Shown in pieces: positions 63,956-64,000 of a stretch of 64,000 nt of DNA (within the stretch, counting starts at the first letter, position 1; every line of letters begins with the position of its first letter). A program made the position numbers and the translations under genes. Source of the DNA: a virus (taxonomy: Duplodnaviria > Heunggongvirae > Uroviricota > Caudoviricetes); IMG/VR virus record IMGVR_UViG_2974644367_000001, positions 10,237 through 74,236 of that record. The stretch is one strand, 5' to 3'. The notes beneath the pieces were generated by a model that saw only the letters and a list, made by a program, of their open reading frames with translations, did no database searches and had not been told where the DNA came from.

Positions 63956-63978
63956 GGGACTCTTCGGAGTCCTTTTTA
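63956..63978 (+). terminator. Intrinsic terminator (UUCG hairpin family)
   Basis: GGGACTCTTCGGAGTCCTTTTT. Confidence 0.7.
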
Positions 63979-64000
63979 GTAAGGAATAAATATGAAGTGT

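Noticed and set aside
1-63978. Integrase, repressor or attachment-site features suggesting a temperate lifestyle.
   Set aside because: None was found. The gene content is typical of a virulent phage.

Overview
The window reads as one contiguous piece of a virulent tailed-phage genome (about 43% GC). It is a mosaic myovirus with a lambda-like head module, a Mu/P2-like contractile tail, T7-like replication proteins, T4-like nucleotide metabolism and the rIIA/rIIB pair. The overall gene content resembles the Felix O1-like group. No rRNA, tRNA, CRISPR array or integrase was found.

Layout:
- 1..25740 (+): late structural operon. It runs from a 5'-truncated large terminase through portal, S49 protease-scaffold fusion, a gpD-like decoration protein and a lambda gpE-like major capsid protein to head-tail joining proteins. 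Then come sheath, tube, a chaperone with a programmed -1 frameshift, tape measure, a Mu-like baseplate (gpP/V/W/J/I-like) and four modular tail fibre or spike genes.
- 26436..37405 (-): a leftward early/middle block with thyA, DHFR, ATP-dependent DNA ligase, a CCA-adding tRNA nucleotidyltransferase with an HD domain, an SPFH/band-7 lipoprotein, a run of small genes, a T7-like family A DNA polymerase and an HNH-AP2 homing endonuclease.
- 37406..37644: an AT-rich divergent promoter region and candidate origin.
- 37645..63947 (+): a rightward block. It holds early unknown genes, dNMP kinase, T7 gp4-like primase-helicase, an SSB-like protein, a FEN-like 5'-3' exonuclease, GIY-YIG and HNH nucleases, NrdA/NrdB/glutaredoxin, a ParB/DUF262-like protein, Prs plus NadV (NAD+ salvage), a FinO/ProQ-domain protein, rIIA and rIIB, a DUF4326 protein, an SLT-domain lysin and a HAD phosphatase.

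Transcription looks host-RNAP dependent: there are several sigma70-like promoters with an extended -10 (TGGTAAGAT), and no phage RNA polymerase gene is present. Ten copies of one intrinsic terminator punctuate the genome (stem GGACTC, UUCG tetraloop, GAGTCC, T-tract).

The most unusual items are:
- a phage-encoded FinO/ProQ-domain protein next to a tiny DnaJ-type zinc-finger membrane peptide, just upstream of rIIA/rIIB;
- a phage SPFH lipoprotein;
- a single-gene unit under a palindrome-flanked promoter that encodes a ParB/DUF262-like protein;
- matching SSB-like acidic tails on the primase-helicase and the SSB-like protein;
- a shared A/C-rich leader motif;
- domain shuffling among the tail fibres.

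Every protein call comes from reading motifs in the supplied translations. No database search was run.
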